DNA from: an uncultured Planctomycetota bacterium
Lineage (GTDB): Bacteria > Planctomycetota > Planctomycetia > Isosphaerales > Isosphaeraceae
Direction: 5' to 3'
DNA: 64,000 nucleotides
Assembly (NCBI GenBank): GCA_963823665.1
Contig: CAWGMQ010000011.1
Coordinates: 160,001-224,000 of the forward strand
The translations under genes were made by a program, and so were the position numbers. The notes beneath the pieces were generated by a model, which had not been told where the DNA came from, ran no database searches, and was given only the letters and a program-made list of their open reading frames with translations. The first letter of the stretch is position 1; the number at the start of each line of letters is the position of its first letter. Positions 52,410-64,000 of the stretch are shown piece by piece.

Positions 52410-55400
52410 ATGAGCGCCGGCGACCGCCCGGATGATGACTATTCCCTGGGTGCAATACGGATGGTGGAGATCGACCGGGCGTGCCACCGCTTCGAGGCCG
52501 ACTGGCGCGCTGGCCGCCGGCCGGCCATCGAGGACTGCCTGGCCGGCACCGCCGGACCGGACCGCGCGGCCCTGCTCCGGGAGCTGCTGGCGGTGGAGCT
52601 GGAGTACCGCGCCTCGGCCGGAGAGCGACCCGACCCGGCGGAGTATCGCGCCCGGTTCCCGGTCGAAACCGGGCTGGTCGATGCCGCCCTGGCTCGGATG
52701 GAGGTCCCGTCGACCGAGGCCGTCGGCAGTGCGGCCGACGACGGCCGCCGCTTCCGCGCCCTGCGGCCCCACGCCCAGGGCGGGCTGGGTGCCGTCTTTG
52801 TCGCCCTGGATCGCGAGCTGAACCGGGAAGTCGCCCTCAAGCAGATCCTCGATCACCACGCCGACGACCTGGTCAGCCGCAAGCGGTTCCTCGTCGAGGC
52901 CGAGATAACAGGGCGACTCGAGCACCCCGGCATCGTGCCCGTGTATAGCCTGGGCACGTACGGCGACGGCCGGCCGTACTACGCCACGCGGTTCGTGCAT
53001 GGGGAAAGCCTGAAGGAGGCGATCGAGCGCTTCCACACCGATCCGGCCCTGAAGAACGGCCCCGGCCGCCGCTCGCTGGAGCTGCGCAAGCTGCTCCGCC
53101 GGTTCGTTGATGTCTGCAACACCATCGAGTACGCCCACTCCCGCGGCGTGCTGCACCGGGACATCAAGCCGGCCAACGTGATGGTGGGCAAGTACGGCGA
53201 GACCCTGGTCGTCGACTGGGGGCTGGCCAAGCCGATGAAGAGCACCGAGCCCGGCAGCGGCTCGGGCGAGCAGGCGCTCTTGCCGTCCTCGGCCAGCGGC
53301 TCGGCCGAGACGCTGCCTGGATCGGCCGTGGGAACCCCCGCGTACATGAGCCCCGAGCAGGCCGCCGGCGACCTGGAGCGGCTCGGCCCGCAGGCGGACG
53401 TCTACGCGCTCGGCGCCACCCTGTATTGCCTACTGACCGGCAAGCCGCCGTTCGAGGGGGAGGCCGCCGCGGTGCTCCCCAAGGTACGGACGGGCGACTT
53501 CCCACCGCCGCGGCAGCGTGACCCGGCGCTCGACCCGGCGCTGGAAGCCGTCTGCCTGAAGGCGATGGCGGTGCCGCCGGAGGAGCGCTATCCGACGAGC
53601 CGGGCGCTGGCCGACGACATCGAGCGGTGGATGGCCGACGAGCCGGTGTCGAGCTGGCGCGAGCCGTTCAGCCGGCGGGCGCGGCGATGGGCCAGCCGCC
53701 ACCGGACCTGGGTGGCCGCAGCGGCGGTGGGGCTGGTCGCGGGGGTGGTCGGGCTGGCCGCCGTACTGGCGGTGCAGACCAAGGCCAACGCCGAAATGGG
53801 CCGCTCCCGGGCCGCCGTGCAGGCGCGGTACGACCTGGCCTTCATGGCGATCAAGACGTTCCACACCGGGGTGAGCAAGGATTTCCTGCTCCAGCAGGAC
53901 CAGTTCAAGGAGCTGCGCGACCGGCTTCTGACGTCGGCGGCGGACTTCTACGGCAAGCTGTCGGCGATGCTTGGCAAGGAGACCGACCCCGCCTCGCGGC
54001 AGGCGCTGGCGCGTTCGAAATTCGAGCTGGCGGTGCTGACCAGCAGCGTCGGCCGCAAGCAGGACGCCCTGGCGGCGCACCAGGCCGTACTGGCGGCGCG
54101 GGAGGCTCTGGCGGCCGAGCCGGGGGCGGGCGCCGCGGCGACGGTCGAGGTCGGCCAGAGCCTCACCGAGGTCGCCACGCTGCTCCAGGCGACCGGCAAG
54201 CGGGACGACGCGGTGGCGGCATACCGCCGATCCGAGTCTCTGCTGGCGGGCCGAACGGAGACGGACCCCGCGGCGCGGGCAGCGCTGGCGGCCAGCCGGT
54301 CGAGGCTGGGCCTCCTCCTGCAGAACGCGGGCATGACCGCCGACGCGGTGCCCGTTTACCGGCGAGCGCGGGCCGACCGGGAAGTGCTCGCAAACGCCCC
54401 CGGGGCCTTGAACGACGCCCGCAGCGACCTTGCGGAGACGGTCATGTTCATCGGCCGCCTGCTCTACGGAGACCGACAAGTTGCCGGAGGCGGAGGCCGA
54501 GACCCGCGTCGCACTGGCGATCATGGAGAGCGTCGTCGCCGAGAATCCCGCCAGCATTGAGTTCCGCGGACTACTGGCGGCCATCCACAACAATCTCGGC
54601 CTCGTGCTGCTCGCGTCGGGCAATCTGTCCGGGGCGGAGGTCGCGCACCGCAAGGCGCTCGCGATCCGGGAGAAGTTGGTCGCCAACCACCCTGCCGTCA
54701 CGAACTTTCGCAACAAAGTCGCGATCAGCGAGAACAACCTCGGCAACGTGTTTGCGACGAGCCGACCGGCGGAGGCGGAGGCCCCGTACCGCAGGGCGCT
54801 GGCGATCTGGGAACGGCTGGCCGACGACCACCCCACCGTCACCGACTTTCGCACCGGCCGGGCCCTCGTCCACCACAACCTCGGGTCCATGCTGTTTGAT
54901 ACGAGCCGGCTGGCGGAGGCGGAAGCCGAGTACCGCAAGGCGCTGGCGATCTGGGAACGGCTGGCCGACGACCACCCCACCGCCATCAACTTCCGCGACA
55001 GCGTGTCGGACATCCACTTCAGACTCGGCAACGTGCTATCTGCGGCGAGCCGGCCGACGGAGGCGGAGGCTTCGTACCGCAAGGCACTGGCGATCCTGGA
55101 AAAGCTGACCACCGAAGCCCCCGCCGTCGCCCCGTACCGCGACAGACTGGAAGACAGCCACGACGCCCTCGGCCGCCTGCTGTCTGCGACGGGCCGGCTG
55201 CCGGACGCGGAAGCCCAGTTCCGCCAGGCGCTGATGATCTATCAGAAGTGGGCCGGCGACCATCCGGAGGTCCCGGCGGATCCAAGCCGATGCGCGAATT
55301 ACGCCAGTCACCTCTCGATCGTACGTCGCTGGCTGGGCCGCCCGATCAAGGCCCGCGACGACTTCCGGCTGCTAATGCTCGACCTGGCCATGCCCGCCGA

Positions 55401-55422
55401 CCCGTTCGCCCCGGCACGCTGA
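52410..55422 (+). CDS. Ser/Thr protein kinase with TM and TPR repeats (frameshift ~54465)
   Basis: HAQGGLG, VALK, HRDIKPAN, DWG, GTPAYMSPE; TPR repeats AEAEYRKALAIWERL in ORF 54430..55422. Confidence 0.9.
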
Positions 55423-55690
55423 GCGGTGGCTCGGACTGGGGTGATCGGCTGGTGCGGAAGCCGCCATCGTCCCCGTTGAGCCGGTCCTCGTGTACACAAC
55501 CTCTCGTGACATTGGGTGCGCCGCACTTTGCCGCTCTTCGAGCGGTTCAGTAGAATGAGTCGATCAGCCGGCCTGTCGGTGCAACAGATGGAGGTGTCAT
55601 TCTTCCCTAGTGTTTCGGATGGTTCCCGCGACGACCGGACCGAGTTATTAGCTGTGGCAAGGGACCAGGGAATTACGGAAGGACTGAGCC

Positions 55691-55909
55691 ATGTCGATTT
55701 TGAACTCGAATCGGACTGAGCCGATGCCGGTGGTGCACTACGATGCGGCCGGCGAACCGGTGCCGCCCTGGCCCTCTCCAGTCGAACTTCGCAAGCTGCC
55801 GCTCCACGTACAAGAGACCATCCTGGCTGCTTCCGCCGAACTGGCCGAACACGAGTACCGAACCAACAAGGCTCTCACTGAATTCGAGGCGTTCGCGGAG
55901 GAGCCCTGA
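55691..55909 (+). CDS. Small hypothetical protein
   Basis: 72 aa with AAGGA RBS; helical ELRKLP...ILAASAELAEHEY. Confidence 0.5.
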   Translation: MSILNSNRTEPMPVVHYDAAGEPVPPWPSPVELRKLPLHVQETILAASAELAEHEYRTNKALTEFEAFAEEP

Positions 55910-55942
55910 TGCCGACGCCGAAACGGGGCGAGGGCCTGCCCG

Positions 55943-58875
55943 TCACTGCTTCCCCGGCGTTTTGTTCTTGCCGCTCGGATACTTCGCCCGCTCGGCCCGC
56001 CACTTCTTCGCCTCCGCCGGGTTGTTGATCGCGGTGTCGATCTCGATGAGCCGGTCGAGTGCTTCGGGGATGCGCAACTCTCAGCCACTGAATTGCGGGA
56101 TGGTCTTCTCACGGGTCTTCATCCCTTCGTAGCCGCTTTTGAGCAGCAGCTTGGCCTCGGAGTACTTCTTCTGACCGAGTAGCGCCCCGCCCAGCAGAGA
56201 CTGGGTGTTGAACGTCTTCCAGTCATTCGGTGCGGTGCGTTGCCGGGTGACCAGGCACTGACCCAAGAGCCCGGTCGTGAATGCCACGATTGCATCATTC
56301 GGATCCCGGTCATTCATTCCCTTCAGAACCTCCACAAGTGCCAGCTCCGCGTCGTCGAGCCGGCCAGTTGATATGTACATCTGAGCCACGTCTCGGCGTG
56401 CGAGAAGGGTGTCGATGTGGTTCGGCCCTCGCTCGGCCAGTTTAGCCCGGTACCGACTCTCCGTTGTCTGCATGGCGCGCAACACGTCGAGGTATTTCTT
56501 CGCTCGCAGCGTTTCGGGGTGGTTCGGGCCGAGCCTGGCTGTCCGCTTCTCGAGCGTCTCTTCGAACAACGGCGCGGCCTTGGCGAGCTGGCCGCTGCTC
56601 CCGTACGCCACGGCCAAGTTGCCCAGGCTCATCAGCGTGTCGGGGTGGTCGGGGCCGAGCCTGGATTTCCGCTTCACGAGCGTCTCTTCGAGCAACGGCA
56701 CGGCCTTGGCGGGCTGGCCGCTGGCAACGTACGCCGCAGCCAGGTTATTCACGTTGGCGAGTGTGTTGGGATCGTCGGGACCGACGCTGGCTTTCCACTT
56801 GGCCAGCGCCGCTTCGTACAGCGGCACGGCCTTCTCGAGCTGGCCGCTGCCATGGTACGCCATGGCAAGGTTGTGCAAGGTCTTGAACGTGTCGGGGTGG
56901 TCGGGGCCGAGCTTGATTTTCTGCATCACCAGCGTCTCCTCGAGCATTGGCACGGCCTTGGCGGGGTGGCCGCTGGCATGGTACGCGAGCGCCAGGTTGT
57001 TCATGATCTTAAGCGTGTCGGGGTGGTCGGGGCCGATCCTGGCTTTCATCTTCTCGAGCGTTTCTTCGTACCGCGACACAGCCTCGGCAAGTTGGCCGCC
57101 CGCCCGGTAGGCCTCAGCAAGGTTGCCCATGCCGGCGAGCGTCGTGGCGTGGTCGGGGCCGAGCTCACCCTTCAAAATAGTCAGGGCCTTCTCGAAGCGC
57201 TCGACCGCCAGGGACGTGTCGCCCAATCCCAGAAGCGCCAGGCCCAACCTGCTCTGCATCGCGGCGACGTCCAGCCGCTCGCCGACGTCCGATCTCTCCA
57301 GATCCTTCGCGGCCTTGCTCAGATTGTCGCGTAGTGCGTTGCGCAGCTCGGCCACGGTGGCGTAGTTCGCGCTCGGGTTCAAGCCCTCGAACACCGAGCC
57401 GAGGATCTCGTTCCCCTTTTTTGCGAAGGCCAGGTTCCGCTCGGCCTCCTGCCGCTTCGTGTCCGCCTCGAGCTTCGCCTTGCGTCCCGCTTGCATCAGC
57501 TCGCCCAGTTGCTGGTTCTGTGCCTTGACCGTGGCCTGCTGCGCGGCCAGCTCGACGTTCTTCGCCGCCAGGCCGGTATTCGCCCGCTTCGTCTGCCCTT
57601 CGGCGTCGATCGCCCGGAACATCTGCCAGAGGCTGGCGCTTGAGCCCGCCAACAACACCACGGCAATGGCGCCGCCCGCCACCTGGACCGTCCGGCGACG
57701 CTTCCGCTGTTCGGCCTCGCGGACCAGAGACTCGGCCCGTTCGGTCTCGGCCTGCTTCAGCCGTGCTTCGACGCCCGTCCGATAGGCCACGAGCTCTGCG
57801 GCAACGGCTTGCCCGTCCGCGGGGCGATCAGTGGGGGCCGGGCTCAGGCAGCGCCGGCACAAGGCCAAAAGCTCCACGTCCGCACCGCAGCCGTCCAGCC
57901 GCACATTCGCCTCGGCCAGGTCCGCCGCGGCAGCACGCCGAATCAGCTCCACGTTCGTCTCGCCGACAAAGGGCGGCTGCCCGGTCAGGATCGCGCAGAG
58001 GATGCCGCCGAGCGCAAAACGTCCGCGCGGGCGGCAGTCGGTTCGCCTCGCGCTTGCTCCGGGGCCATGTACGCCGGCGTGCCCAGCACCGTTCCCGCTT
58101 GCGTTTGCTCTTCCGTCGATTCCCCGAGAGCGCCGTAATCGATGGTTTCGTTCGCGTCAGTCTGGAAGGGTGAACGACGAGGGATGCAGGATGAGGAAGA
58201 TTGCTCGCCGGCTTGTTTCTCATCCGTCACTCCTCCTCCTTCATCGTGTTGCAATTCCTTGGCCAGCCCCCAGTCCATGACCTGCACCTCGCCAAACTCA
58301 CCCACCATGACGTTGCTTGGCTTCAAATCGCGGTGGATGACGCCGCGGCTGTGGGCGAAGCCGACAGCCTGGCACACTTGCAAGAACGCCTGCAACAGCC
58401 GCGGCCGGTCCGCGATCTTCATCTCCTGGGCCGGGGTTTGCCCCGCGATGAGCTTCATGGCCAGGAAGGGAGAGCCATCGGCAAGCGTCCCCAGCGCGTA
58501 CACCGGCGGGATGCCCGGATGTGGCAACCTCGCGGTGATCTTCGATTCGCGCACGAAGCGTTCGCTGCTGGCGCGAGGCAGCAGCAGCTTGATGGCCACG
58601 TCCCGCTCGAGGGTGAGGTCATACGCCGCCAGCACCCGGCCCATGCCGCCGCGAGCGATTTCGCCCCGCACCCGGTAGCCGGGCACTGTCGGCAAGTCGC
58701 CCTCCTCATCAACACCCCCGGGCACAGATGAGCCGGCGATGGCATCCAGACAAGACTGATTGCTCGTGGCCGCGCCAGCGGCATGCTCGGTGGTGGGAAG
58801 CGAGTCGGCCATTTCGCGGAATTCCGCGGTCGCCGGCGCACGATCAGTCGTCACATTCGGATCAGGCTCTTTCAT
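55943..58875 (-). CDS. Ser/Thr protein kinase with TPR repeats (frameshifts ~58015 and ~56085)
   Basis: IARGGMG, HRDLKPSN, DWG, GTPAYMAPE (57985..58875); LGPDHPDTL..NNLA repeats (56081..57952); tail RIPEALDRLIE...KKWRAERAKY to stop at 55943. Confidence 0.88.
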
Positions 58876-59103
58876 GACATGCCCTCCATCGCGGCAGTCC
58901 CCTTCACCCTTCGAAGGTTTGGTACGAGCGACACAGGCGTGTCTAGCGGTCCTGGTGGAGGCTGCCTGGCTGTGAACATCCCGGATGACGGCCCTTTCTC
59001 GGTCCCATGTAGCGACAGCGTGTTGGAGAAGAGAAGGGCGACGCGTGCCGTGGTTGCGTCCGTCGCTCTCATTCTCGTGTTTGTGTCTAGCTTTCTCCCC
59101 GTT

Positions 59104-62100
59104 TCATTCGCCCTCGGCCCGTTTGAGCAGGTCGGCGATGCCGGCCCAGAACGTGCGCCATTCCGCGCGCTCGGCTTCGGGCAAAGTGGTCAGCGCGTCG
59201 GCGTCGCGAATGCCGGCCAGGTCGCGCTCGGTCAGCCAGCCCCGTAGCCGCGCGGCAACGTGTTCCCGCTCGAATGGGCCGATCGCGAGAAACGTCCTGC
59301 ACGCGTTGAGCTCGGCAGTGAGCCAATCGCGGGCACGACGACGCAACCGCGTTCTTGCCTGTGGGTCGGAGGGGGCGTCCTTGCCTCGGCCGGCACCGGC
59401 CAGGGCGGCCGCGCGGGCGGCCAGGTCACGGAAGAGCGGCTTGCGGGACTCGGCCAATCTGGGCTCGGCCGCGAAGGCCGCGGCCCAGAGCTCGGCCGCC
59501 GCGCCGTGGCGGCCGGCCTCGAAACAGAACTGCGCGAGCTCCAGTTGGTCGTCGGCGGCTTGGGGCATGGCCGGCAGCCGGCCAATGGCCTGCTCCAGCC
59601 GTCGGGCCTGGGCCTTGCTGTCCGCGACGATCCGTTCGAGCTTCTTAGCGACCCCGGCGTCGCCGGGCGCGAGCCGATTTGCGCGGCGAAACGCTTTCTC
59701 GGCCCGCTCGTACTCTCTTCGTTCCTGAAGCGCCACCCCCAGGAGCGAGTAACCGCGAGCCAGTTCCGCGGGAAACCTGACCTGCTTTGGTGATTCCTGA
59801 TCATCCCCTTTGCCGTCACCCAGACCGGAGCTGGTGCCGATCAATTGCTCGGATTCACGCAAGAGCAGTCTGAGGTGCAGGATGTCGTGCCAGTCGCTCG
59901 GCAGCGCAATTTCGTCGACGGCCGGGCCGTGTGCTTCGAGGCGCCCTCGCGCCAGTTCGAGCCACAGCCGGGCCTCATCGGCTCGGCCCTCGCGGTAGAC
60001 GGCCATTGCAATCACGAACTCGGCAATGATCCCAGGGTGGTACCACGATCCATCAGGCGTCGCCAGGGCCCACTTGACCGCGTCGTCCCGGTCGCCCGCT
60101 CGGTAGTCCGCAAGTGCTCGGGTCGCGCACTGCCATCCTTCCTTCCACTTCTCGGCGTTCGGTGCCAACGACCGCTCCGCAAGATGGACCGCCCGGGCGC
60201 GGATGTCGCTGGGTGGGGAGCCGAGCAGGCAGACTTTTGACACGATCTCGGCAACCACCGAATCGGTCGTTGATTCGAACCGTTCGAGTAGTGCGCGGCA
60301 GCGGCGTCCGTAAGACTCGTGGTCGCGCAGCCAAAGGTCAACCGTAAGCGCCTGGTACCAGAAAAAGTGATCCGCCGGGTCCAATTCGATGGCGCGGCTG
60401 AGGTCATCCCGGGCCTCGCGCCAGCGGCGCAGCCGGGCCATCATGCCTCCTCGGCTGCTCCACATCCAGACGCTGTCGCCGTGAGCACGCACGGCGATGG
60501 TGATTTGATCAAGCGCGTCCTGGAACCGTCCCAGGTCCAGCAAGAGCCAGGCGATCTCGTTTTTCGGTCCGGCGTTCTCCGGCGCAAGCCGGGCCGCCTC
60601 GCGGTATTCGACCAGGGCTTGGTCGAGCATCCCGTGCGATTTCAAGAACCCGCCGAGCATTTCGTGGGCCCTGGCGCCGTCGATCGGGATCTGGCCGTCG
60701 GCGCCTCTGGCCACGAGCCGTCTCGCCTCGCGAAATTCGCTGGCGGCTTCTTCGTTCCAGCCCTGCCGATCGAGGGCGACTGCCAGTCGAGCGCGTGCTT
60801 CGGCATTGTCAGGAACCTTCGCCACGATCACCCGGAAGTGATGAACCGTCTCATCCGGGCGCCCCAATTTTTTCAAGAGCTTCTCGAGGCGGCCGATGGC
60901 CCAGCCGCCCACGCTTGCCACCAGCTCGTCCAGGATCGCAGTCGCACGATATTCGACGATCGCACCTTCAAGATCGCCCCGCTTTTCCAGCAGCGGAGCC
61001 AGCAAGAAATGCGTGTTTAAATTGTGCGGATTGCAACGAATCGCCGCGCGGTACTCGGTGATCGCCTGGTCAGTCTGGCCCGAATCTTGCAGCGCGAGGG
61101 CCAGGGAATAATGCGCTCGATCGTTGCCCGGCTCGAGCTCGGCCACCGCGCGGCAGAGAGCGATGGCTAACTCGCGATCGCCTGCTTCCCGAAGTTTATC
61201 GGCGAGGTCCAGATGGGCCCACAGGTTCGCCGGACTCAGCCGGACAATCTCGCGGTACTCCGCGGCGGCCAGGTCCCGTTTACCGGTCTCCTTCAAGAGC
61301 TCGGCAAGGCGCCGCGCGCCGGCACGTTGCCGGGCTCGCTCCGGATCGCCTCACGGTACACGAGCTCGGCCTGGTCGCGCTTGCCCAGATCCTTGAAGAT
61401 CGTGCCGATCTCGATGCGGGTCTTGATGTCGTTTCCCAGGAGCGAGAGCGCGACGTTGTATTCGGGCATCGCCTGGTCGCGAAATCCCGCCGCGCCCAGG
61501 GCCTTTGCCAGCTGGAAATGAGCCGGGCCGTCGTTGGGCGCCAACCTGACGACTTCGCGAAACTCGGCGAGCGCCTTCTCGAACTTTCCCTGGTCAAAAT
61601 AAGTCCAGGCCAGCCGATTGCGCACCTTGGTGTTTTTGGGCTCCATGGCGAGGTAGGCAAGCTGGTGCGCGACGATGGCGTCGTCGGGACGACGACCGAG
61701 CTGCACGACCAGGTACCCTTTAAGGTCGCCGATGGCGGCTCCGAATTGCCCAGCGACAAGATCGAGGCGGGCGGCTTCACGATATTCCGCGATGGCACTC
61801 TCGACCTCGCCACGTTCCCGGTAGGTCCACGCGAGCTCGAAGTGAATCACCGCCGAGCCCGGCTTGAGCCGAATTGCCTCTCGGTACTGGGCGATCGCCT
61901 CGTCGAGCTTTCCGGTTTGCCTGAGGCTATAGGCGAGCATGTGATGAGCCCCCGCGTTCGCCGGACGGACCGCGAGTGCGGCCATGAGATGAGCCTGCTC
62001 TGGCGCCCGCTGGTCGGCCTCGCGGTAGCGATGGGCGAGCGCGATATTGACCCAGTAATCGGCGGGAAATCGCCGCCACGCCGCGTCCAGCACCGTTTTG

Positions 62101-64000
62101 GCGAGCGATTCGTCCTTTTCGTCCAGCGCATTTGCGAGCAAGCACAGGCCGACCGCCGGCTGACGGTCGAGGGCCGCGCGGTCGGAGGCCAGTTGACGAA
62201 GAGGGCCCGCGCGCTCGGGCCTCGGCCTCGACCGCACCGAACGAAGCTCGTTGCGCCACGGGTCCGGGTCGACGGCGCGCGCCGCCGCCGCAATGCGCTC
62301 TCCCGACTTCGATTGGTGCCCATCGCTCGTGGTGGTGCGGATCACGAACCAATCGTCCATGCCGGCCGCCACCTCGCCAGCGATGGCCCGTCCCGCGAAC
62401 ACTTCGCCAAATCGGCCCGGGGGCACTTCGTCGGGATCGAGGCCGAGCGAGCGAAACGCGGACGAAAACTGCGCGTCGGCCAGGTCGATGTCGTCCTTTC
62501 CCCCATAGTGGATGCGCGCCTCTTGCAGACGGCTGATCAGCGTGCGAATGCCGTTGTCGAGCTCGACGCGCTCTCGCAGCGCCCGAAGCCGTCCGCGGCG
62601 CGTCTGGTCCACCGCGGCGCCGGCGGACTCTTCGGCCCGCGCGGCCGCGACCTTCGCTTCATCCCAGATCACATCGGCCTCGGCCCCGGCGGCGTGCTCG
62701 GCGCGCTCGAGCGCCGCGCTTGCCCGCGCGATCAAACCGTCGAGCTGCGACCTGCGGGCCTGCCGCTCCCACAAGACGACCCCTCCCCATAGCCCGCCCA
62801 GGGCCAGGAGCGAGACGACCGATGCGGCCAGTGCCAGCATCGCCCGGCGTCGTTGCCGCTCGGCCCGCCACCTGCGGGCCTCGGCCTCGGCCCGAGCAAC
62901 CGCCTCCGCAGCCGCCAGCTCTGCCCCCCGCAGCCGGCTCTGCACGCCGGCCAGGTAGGCCGCCAGCCCCTCGGAAACGACCCCTGCGTCGCGCGGACGG
63001 TGCTCCCGTTCGGCCGCCAGGCAACGAGCGCACAAGGCGCACAACTCAGAATCGGCCCCGCACGCTTCGAGCCGCGCCAGTGCGTCGCCGATCTCGCCTC
63101 GACTCGACTTCCGCAAGATTTCCGCCGATGAGCCGCCGACAAACGCCGGCTGCCCCGTCAGGACCTCGCAGAGCATCGACCCCAGCGCGAAGACGTCGGA
63201 CCGCGCATCGACCGCATCAACCTCGCCGCGCGACTGCTCGGGCGCCATGTAGGGAGGCGTGCCGAGCACCGACCCGGCCCGTGACAAGTCGCTGTCCGAC
63301 TCGCTGCGGGCCGTGGCGATCACCGTGTCGATCTTCGGCGCCTTTGCGGCGGGGGCACCATTGGCGACGACGCACCGCGGCAACACCTTGGCGAGTCCCC
63401 AGTCCATCACCTGGACCTCGCCGAAGCTGCCGACCATCACGTTCGATGGCTTCAAGTCTCGGTGAATGACCCCCCGAGAGTGAGCGTAGGCGATCGTCTG
63501 CGCCACCTGCTCGAAAATGCCGAGAATCCGCGGCCGATCATCCACCGCGTCGGCACGGCCTGCGAGCAGCTCGGCCAGCGTATGCCCCTTCACCAGCTTC
63601 ATCGAAAAGTACGGGCGGCGATCCTCGAACTGTCCTAGCTCGTAAACCGGGATCACCCCGGGATGCTGCAGTTGCCCGGCGATCTGCGCCTCCTCGACGA
63701 AGCGACGAATCATTTCGGGGTCGTCGCGCAAGTCGTCGCGCAACACCTTGATCGCCAGGTCGCGCCCGAGGTCCGGGTCGCGCCCCTGAGCACGACTCCC
63801 ATGCCCCCGCGGGCAATCTCGCCCAGGAACTGCAACCGACCCGGCCCGCCGGTCGTGCGAGGCATCTCGGTGGAACCCGACACCACGAGCGGTCCCGATG
63901 GTTCGTCCGGGCCCGAGTCGCGGAGCAACACCCGCGGAACCGGCCCGATCGTCCCCTCGATCGAGTCGAGCACACCTGGCTCTTTCGCCCCCGGCGCCTC
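59104..64000 (-). CDS. Ser/Thr protein kinase with extensive TPR region, 5'-truncated (frameshifts ~63785 and ~61295)
   Basis: GEIARGGMG (63710..63973), HRDLKPSN/DWG/GTPPYMAPE (61293..63746), TPRs continuing as LAELLKETG into 59104..61296. Confidence 0.88.

Noticed and set aside
59104..61296. Separate TPR gene downstream of the kinase
   Set aside because: A TPR helix reads through the junction in the shifted frame (LAELLKETG), favouring one gene with an indel.
1..64000. tRNA/rRNA genes, transposases, integrases
   Set aside because: None recognisable by eye; tRNAscan-SE/Infernal would be needed to exclude small RNAs.

Overview
High-GC bacterial DNA with a Planctomycetota-like gene repertoire: ECF sigma/Ser-Thr kinase pairs, a PVC-type CxxCH heme protein, a LEPRxLL-type surface protein and a sulfatase. 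The most striking element is a co-directional tandem array of at least seven ~1.95-kb paralogues (<1-12518, minus strand). Each encodes a probably exported TPR/HEAT-like scaffold, two hypervariable segments and an indel-free 131-aa C-terminal Hint domain ending His-Asp instead of His-Asn. There is no toxin domain and no immunity gene, which suggests a diversified Hedgehog-like autoprocessing/ligation system rather than a classic polymorphic toxin locus. A second highlight is a ~3,270-aa surface protein (41588-51397) containing a catalytically degenerate PI-PLC domain split by a ~620-aa Ala/Asp-rich insertion. The rest comprises hydrolases, a CehA/McbA-like metallohydrolase fused to a PVC heme protein, Fic, sulfatase, a sulfite-oxidase-family enzyme, two ECF sigma factors and four Ser/Thr kinases. 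About 14 isolated frameshifts in otherwise intact genes most likely reflect long-read indel errors. All family assignments are from motif recognition by eye, not database searches.
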